A DNA stretch of 39,775 nucleotides. It comes from a virus (taxonomy: Duplodnaviria; Heunggongvirae; Uroviricota; Caudoviricetes). Below, in pieces: positions 34,610 to 39,775 of the stretch. Both the position numbers and the translations under genes were made by a program. The notes under the pieces are model-generated. The model was not told the DNA's origin, ran no database searches, and saw only the letters and a program-made list of their open reading frames with translations. The DNA lies in the IMG/VR virus record IMGVR_UViG_2872158770_000006, one strand, 5' to 3'. The stretch's first letter is position 1. The number at the start of each line of letters is the position of its first letter.

Positions 34610-34766
34610 AGCTTCAACCCCTTGTATCCGTTAAATGATTCGGCAACAATCATCACCCACCACGCGCGTAATCTCACCCCTGCGCCATTCTCCCGCCACG
34701 GCGACAACAAAAAGCAGTAACCCCCTCCGCACGCACATGCGACCATGCCACACAGGGAGGGAGCAG

Positions 34767-35876
34767 ATGACCGACACCACCATGCAATTGCTCAGTCAGG
34801 GCACAGACCCCGTGAAAATGCCGGATTTTGATATTCTCGCGGAGGGTAAAACGCTGTCAGGCGTGGCAGAGCGCCTGATGAGCCTGTCACTGACCGACAA
34901 CCGGGGATTTGAGGCGGACCAGCTCACCATCACGCTGGATGATGCGGATGGTCAGTTGCAGCTACCGCCACGGGGCGCGCGCCTGACGGTTCTCATTGGC
35001 TGGAAGGGAGAACCGCTGACAGAAAAAGGCACTTACATTGTTGATGAAATCGCTCACGAAGGACCGCCGGACAGGCTGACTGTTTCAGCCAGAAGCGCAG
35101 ATTTTCGGGCTGAATTTAACGTTAAACGTGAGGTGTCCTGGCATGATGTGACCGTTGAGCGTGTGGTATCCGCCATCGCTCATCGGTATGGTCTGAAACC
35201 GCAAATCAGCGAAATGCTGATGGATATCGAAATCGACCACGCCGACCAGACCGAAGAAAGCGACATGTCCTTCCTTACGCGCATGGCGGAAATGCTGGGC
35301 GCAATCACCACGGTAAAAAGCGGTAATCTGTTATTCATCATGCCCGGTGGTGGCGTGAACGCACAGGGCCAGCCGTTGCCCTCGTTCGCCATCACACGCA
35401 GCAGCGGCGATCGCCATCAGTTCCGCATTGCTGACCGCGAAGCGTATACGGGGGTACGCGCTTACTGGCTTGATCTTAATTACGGGAAAAAGAAAAAAGT
35501 CAGCGTGAAACGCCGCAAACCGTCAAAACCAAAAAAGGAGAAAAGCAGCAGCCGGGAAGGCGACTATATGGAAGGTGCGGAAGGCAACGTGTTTGTGTTA
35601 CGCAAAACTTATCAGAACGAGCAGGCAGCAAGACGTGCAGCGGCGGCAAAGTGGCAGCAGCTACAACGCGGAGCCGCATCATTCTCCATCACACTGGCGC
35701 ATGGACGTGCAGAACTCTACCCCGAAATGCATGGCACGGTAACAGGATTTAAAAGCGAGATTGATAATCAGGACTGGATTATTGCAAAAGCCGAGCACAC
35801 CATTGATAACAGCGGCTTTACCACGCAGCTTGAGCTTGAGGCAAAAATCCCGGAATGGATAGCAGAAACAGAGTGA
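34767..35876 (+). CDS. D: Late control/tail protein D (Phage_GPD family)
   Basis: ATG at 34767 with GGGAGG RBS; LSLTDNRGFEADQLTITLDDADGQLQLPPRGARLTVLIGWKG matches the conserved GPD N-terminal region. Confidence 0.8.
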   Translation: MTDTTMQLLSQGTDPVKMPDFDILAEGKTLSGVAERLMSLSLTDNRGFEADQLTITLDDADGQLQLPPRGARLTVLIGWKGEPLTEKGTYIVDEIAHEGPPDRLTVSARSADFRAEFNVKREVSWHDVTVERVVSAIAHRYGLKPQISEMLMDIEIDHADQTEESDMSFLTRMAEMLGAITTVKSGNLLFIMPGGGVNAQGQPLPSFAITRSSGDRHQFRIADREAYTGVRAYWLDLNYGKKKKVSVKRRKPSKPKKEKSSSREGDYMEGAEGNVFVLRKTYQNEQAARRAAAAKWQQLQRGAASFSITLAHGRAELYPEMHGTVTGFKSEIDNQDWIIAKAEHTIDNSGFTTQLELEAKIPEWIAETE

Positions 35877-36116
35877 GCAACTTAAATGTATTAACTCAGA
35901 ACGGATCAACACACTCACAACATAGAGTCAATATAGCTGCTCGCTTTGTTCCAGCAAGGATGCCTATTTCTAAGGAAAAACAGAGCAGAAACATATGGTG
36001 TTTTCCTACCTGACATCAGGGGTGGTAGACTGGCCCCCTGAATCTCCAGACAACCAGTATCACTTAAATAAGTGATAGTCTTAATACTAGTTTTTAGACT
36101 AGTCATTGGAGTACAG

Positions 36117-36482
36117 ATGATTGATGTCTTAGGGCCGGAGAAACGCAGACGGCGTACCACACAGGAAAAGATCGCAATTGTTCAGCAGAGCTTTGAACCG
36201 GGGATGACGGTCTCCCTCGTTGCCCGGCAACATGGTGTAGCAGCCAGCCAGTTATTTCTCTGGCGTAAGCAATACCAGGAAGGAAGTCTTACTGCTGTGG
36301 CCGCCGGAGAACAGGTTGTTCCTGCCTCTGAACTTGCTGCCGCCATGAAGCAGATTAAAGAACTCCAGCGCCTGCTCGGCAAGAAAACGATGGAAAATGA
36401 ACTCCTCAAAGAAGCCGTTGAATATGGACGGGCAAAAAAGTGGATAGCGCACGCGCCCTTATTGCCCGGGGATGGGGAGTAA
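36117..36482 (+). CDS. insC: IS2 OrfA (InsC)
   Basis: [41 protein letters not shown]... matches the remembered IS2 InsC. Confidence 0.9.
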
Positions 36483-37345
36483 GCTTAGTCAGCCGTTGTC
36501 TCCGGGTGTCGCGTGCGCAGTTGCACGTCATTCTCAGACGAACCGATGACTGGATGGATGGCCGCCGCAGTCGTCACACTGATGATACGGATGTGCTTCT
36601 CCGTATACACCATGTTATCGGAGAGCTGCCCACGTATGGTTATCGTCGGGTATGGGCGTTGCTTCGCAGACAGGCAGAACTTGATGGTATGCCTGCGATC
36701 AATGCCAAACGTGTTTACCGGATCATGCGCCAGAATGCGCTGTTGCTTGAGCGAAAACCTGCTGTACCGCCATCGAAACGGGCACATACAGGCAGAGTGG
36801 CCGTGAAAGAAAGCAATCAGCGATGGTGCTCTGACGGGTTCGAGTTCTGCTGTGATAACGGAGAGAGACTGCGTGTCACGTTCGCGCTGGACTGCTGTGA
36901 TCGTGAGGCACTGCACTGGGCGGTGACTACCGGCGGCTTCAACAGTGAAACAGTACAGGACGTCATGCTGGGAGCGGTGGAACGCCGCTTCGGCAACGAT
37001 CTTCCGTCGTCTCCAGTGGAGTGGCTGACGGATAATGGTTCATGCTACCGGGCTAATGAAACACGCCAGTTCGCCCGGATGTTGGGACTTGAACCGAAGA
37101 ACACGGCGGTGCGGAGTCCGGAGAGTAACGGAATAGCAGAGAGCTTCGTGAAAACGATAAAGCGTGACTACATCAGTATCATGCCCAAACCAGACGGGTT
37201 AACGGCAGCAAAGAACCTTGCAGAGGCGTTCGAGCATTATAACGAATGGCATCCGCATAGTGCGCTGGGTTATCGCTCGCCACGGGAATATCTGCGGCAG
37301 CGGGCTTGTAATGGGTTAAGTGATAACAGATGTCTGGAAATATAG
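36440..37345 (+). CDS. insD: IS2 transposase OrfB (InsD), DDE domain
   Basis: 301-aa ORF matching the remembered IS2 InsD; overlaps insC in the -1 frame. Confidence 0.9.
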
Positions 37346-37437
37346 GGGCAAATCCAGGTGGTAAGAATCATGCTTTGATAACCAATTGATAACTATTATT
37401 ATATTAATCTAACACCATTGACATAGTTGAGGTTTGA

Positions 37438-38940
37438 ATGAACAAAAAGCTGTATTTATTCCCAGACTCAAACATTTTTCTACAATGCAAGGACTTGACG
37501 CAGGTAAATTTTTCCGAGATTACTGCTTGTGATGAAGTATGTATCATTATTACAAGGCCCATTCAGCAAGAGATTGACCGCCAGAAAGGGCAAGGTAATT
37601 CCCGCCTATCCAAAAAAGCAAGGAAGGCTGCTAGCCTATTTAATCAAGTAGTTGATTCAACTGACATGACTCTTGTTATTCGTGAACGCTCGCCGCGAGT
37701 TTTTCTTACCATGGATCTAAGCCTGAAACCATGTGAACAGTTATCTGAACAATTGGATTATCAGGAGGCCGACGATCGTTTTGTTGGTATTGCGGCAGGG
37801 TATTGCGCTGACGATCCAGATTCGGAGGTGGCAATCATTACCAATGATAGCGGTCCACGTTTTTCAGCAATAAAACATAATATAATCTGCTATAAAGTGC
37901 CTTCTTCATGGTTGCTTCCTGCTGAGCCAGATGAAAAGGATAAACAAATTAAATTGCTGGAAGCTAAGCTGAAGCAATTCACTCAGTCTATGCCCGATTT
38001 CAGCATTAAAGTAGCCGATGACGAGCAATTAAATATTGTACTTCCTTATTATACAGCTTTATCTGAATATGAAGTTGATAATTTGCTTTGTCAACTAACG
38101 GATGCATTCCCATTGGTTACAAACTTTGACAATGAACAAACTACCCCACAATCACTAGAAAAAATCATCAAGTCATTTAGTCAACAGGAGTATTTCCCTG
38201 TATCAGCAGATGATATTTCTCTTTATAAAGAAAAACATTATCCACTTTGGAAAAAGCAGTGTGAAGAAATACTGAAAAACTGTCATACTCATATTAATCC
38301 GAAGGCAATAAATTACCCGCTGTCGTTTTTATTACAAAACACAGGTTATACTATCGCTGAACGTGCTGTGGTAACATTTACAGCAAAAGGAGATTTTCGT
38401 CTGTGTGGATTTAATTGGGAGATAATGGAAGAGCTGACTGAAAGCAAAAGGATTGACCTACCTTCAGCCCCTACCGCCCCCAAAGGAAAATGGCGTAGTG
38501 TATGTGGCGTAACAGAAAGAATGCCTTACGCTGGGGGAGCTTTGGAAACACCGCTATCCAGTATAATTTCAAAAGAAATTGGTCCTTTGTTATCTCTTAC
38601 TCCAACAGAAAGGGATAAAAACGATTTTTATTATAAAGAAAAGAGAAATGAGCCAGTTCAAGTTGTATCGCTGGAATGCGAAGAGTGGCGTCATCAAGTC
38701 AAAGAAGAAATATTCCCGTTGTTCGTATATACAGCCAACAAACCAAAGAAAGTGAATGGTGCAATTGAGGTGAGAGTTGATGCAAATAACCTTACCAATC
38801 CGGTCATTAAAACATTTAAATTAAAAATAACTATAGAAGAACATAGTGCATTTTCAACCATAACAGAAATGGTGCAGACATACATTCAAGAGCAGAAGAA
38901 AAGACAGAAAAGTTCTATTAGCGCACAAATCAAAACATGA
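37438..38940 (+). CDS. AT-rich 500-aa cargo protein with predicted N-terminal PIN-like nuclease domain and uncharacterised C-terminal region
   Basis: ATG with GAGG RBS; N-terminus LYLFPDSNIFL…(V)CIIITRPIQQEIDRQ…DDRFVGIAAGY…AIITNDSG gives the spacing of four acidic residues (D10, E45, D112/113, D137) typical of PIN-fold nucleases; markedly lower GC than flanking tail genes by eye. Confidence 0.6.
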   Translation: MNKKLYLFPDSNIFLQCKDLTQVNFSEITACDEVCIIITRPIQQEIDRQKGQGNSRLSKKARKAASLFNQVVDSTDMTLVIRERSPRVFLTMDLSLKPCEQLSEQLDYQEADDRFVGIAAGYCADDPDSEVAIITNDSGPRFSAIKHNIICYKVPSSWLLPAEPDEKDKQIKLLEAKLKQFTQSMPDFSIKVADDEQLNIVLPYYTALSEYEVDNLLCQLTDAFPLVTNFDNEQTTPQSLEKIIKSFSQQEYFPVSADDISLYKEKHYPLWKKQCEEILKNCHTHINPKAINYPLSFLLQNTGYTIAERAVVTFTAKGDFRLCGFNWEIMEELTESKRIDLPSAPTAPKGKWRSVCGVTERMPYAGGALETPLSSIISKEIGPLLSLTPTERDKNDFYYKEKRNEPVQVVSLECEEWRHQVKEEIFPLFVYTANKPKKVNGAIEVRVDANNLTNPVIKTFKLKITIEEHSAFSTITEMVQTYIQEQKKRQKSSISAQIKT

Positions 38941-39183
38941 GGGTGTACTCAAATAATACAATGCTATAGTAAATCTATAAGTGCATAACTATTTCCTGAT
39001 CTTTTCCCAAAATAGATGACAGGATAAAAAACATTCCAATCTTTTACAGGCTTTGGATAAATCGTATCAAAGCCTATTTCTTCAAGAGTTAAATCACCGC
39101 TTTTCGCTCGAAACGGACTGGCTGTTGGAGTATGAGCCAGAACAACTTAGAATAGCCCCTGCACTACGTTAAGGGAGGTCGCT

Positions 39184-39444
39184 ATGTTCCGTTGTCCGCT
39201 TTGTGGCGCATCTGCCCGTATCCGCACCAGTCGTCCGGAAAATGATTCAAACACCGTGCGGCAAAAGTATTACCAGTGTAACAATCTGGAATGCGGCGTA
39301 TGCTTCTCAACACTGGAAGCTTTCCATAAATTCACATCAAAACACGCCTCCGGCGTTCACTCTTCAGAAGATATCCCGTGGCATGATCTGCCAGCTTCAC
39401 ACAGGGGAAACAATCAGATGAGCTTGCCTTTACCTCAGAATTAA
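39184..39444 (+). CDS. ogr: Ogr/Delta-family zinc-finger late transcription activator
   Basis: MFRCPLCGASARIRTSR...YYQCNNLECGVCFSTLEAF parallels P2 Ogr (MFHCPLC...RTSR...YHQCQNVNCSATFIT.E); GGGAGG RBS. Confidence 0.8.
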   Translation: MFRCPLCGASARIRTSRPENDSNTVRQKYYQCNNLECGVCFSTLEAFHKFTSKHASGVHSSEDIPWHDLPASHRGNNQMSLPLPQN

Positions 39445-39504
39445 CAGGCAGAATTGCCGGAGTAACAAAAAAGCGATAGATTACGCGCGGGTGCCTTTCG
39501 GCTG

Positions 39505-39717
39505 ATGGTCGGAGGGAATACCCGAAGGCCAGATGTGGAAAGGCCCCGGAAAACATCTCTGTTTAACCGAGGCCCTAACCGCATTACCTTGACAAGTGAA
39601 AGGTTAGCGCCTCTCCGGAAAAGGAGCAAGTGCTATGTCGCAAAAATCGCTTACGACCATCACGTTCTGCGTGACGGCAATCCTCATCATCTGGATGTTG
39701 CACGGTTCGCTGTGTGA
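39505..39717 (+). CDS. Mok-like overlapping leader ORF of the hok-like locus (putative)
   Basis: 70-aa ORF starting upstream of the hok-like gene and terminating inside it in another frame, the arrangement seen for mok/hok. Confidence 0.35.
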   Translation: MVGGNTRRPDVERPRKTSLFNRGPNRITLTSERLAPLRKRSKCYVAKIAYDHHVLRDGNPHHLDVARFAV

Positions 39718-39775
39718 AATACGGATGAGCTTCTGGGGAGCGGAGTTTGCGGCGTTCTTACAGTGTAAGCAGTAA
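39635..39775 (+). CDS. Hok/Gef-family type I toxin (46 aa, single TM)
   Basis: MSQKSLTTITFCVTAILIIWMLHGSLCEIRMSFWGAEFAAFLQCKQ has the Hok signature (TM helix, then SLCEI/L..., then E.AAF.A.); AAGGAG RBS; stop is the last codon in the window. Confidence 0.6.
   Translation: MSQKSLTTITFCVTAILIIWMLHGSLCEIRMSFWGAEFAAFLQCKQ

Larger units (their letters stand above)
36026..37356 (+). mobile_element. IS2 (IS3 family), 1331 bp, flanked by 5-bp target duplication GGTGG
   Basis: Left end TAGACTGGCCCCCTGAATCTCCAGACAACC and right end ...GGAAATATAGGGGCAAATCCA match the remembered IS2 termini; GGTGG at 36021-36025 and 37357-37361. Confidence 0.9.

Noticed and set aside
38967-39146. 60-codon open frame on the minus strand between the cargo ORF and ogr, with the sense ...DTIYPKPVKDWNVFYPVIYFGKRSGNSYALIDLL
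   Set aside because: It has no ATG/GTG/TTG start codon in frame; in AT-rich DNA an open stretch of this length can arise by chance. It could be a remnant of a convergent gene but cannot be supported.
1-39775. CRISPR array or cas genes
   Set aside because: No regularly spaced direct repeats with unique spacers were seen; the only tandem repeats are the in-frame 33-bp coding repeats at 1341-1505.

Overview
The window starts with the host gene btuC (1-981, minus strand) and is otherwise a nearly complete P2-family (Peduovirus-like) prophage laid out in prophage order. From left to right: a two-gene AT-rich cargo module, int, C repressor, cox-like gene, early genes (one disrupted by an IS600-like IS3-family element), replication gene A, an accessory island at the canonical A-cos hotspot (ParM/ParR-like pair plus three small coupled ORFs), the putative cos region, Q/P, O-N-M-L-X-Y-K-lysB-lysC, an R/S fused ORF, V-W-J-I-H-G, a Gin/Hin-type invertible tail-fibre segment with its invertase, the tail block FI-FII-E/E'-T-U in inverted orientation, D, an IS2 copy, an AT-rich 500-aa cargo ORF with a PIN-like N-terminus, ogr, and a hok/mok-like type I toxin locus at the right edge. 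The right prophage boundary (attR) is not in the window. All protein identifications come from reading the supplied translations against remembered family sequences and motifs; no database search or computation was run, so names are family-level calls. The best candidates for an undescribed system are the three accessory islands: the A-cos hotspot operon, the int-linked two-gene module, and the 500-aa PIN-like ORF between D and ogr.
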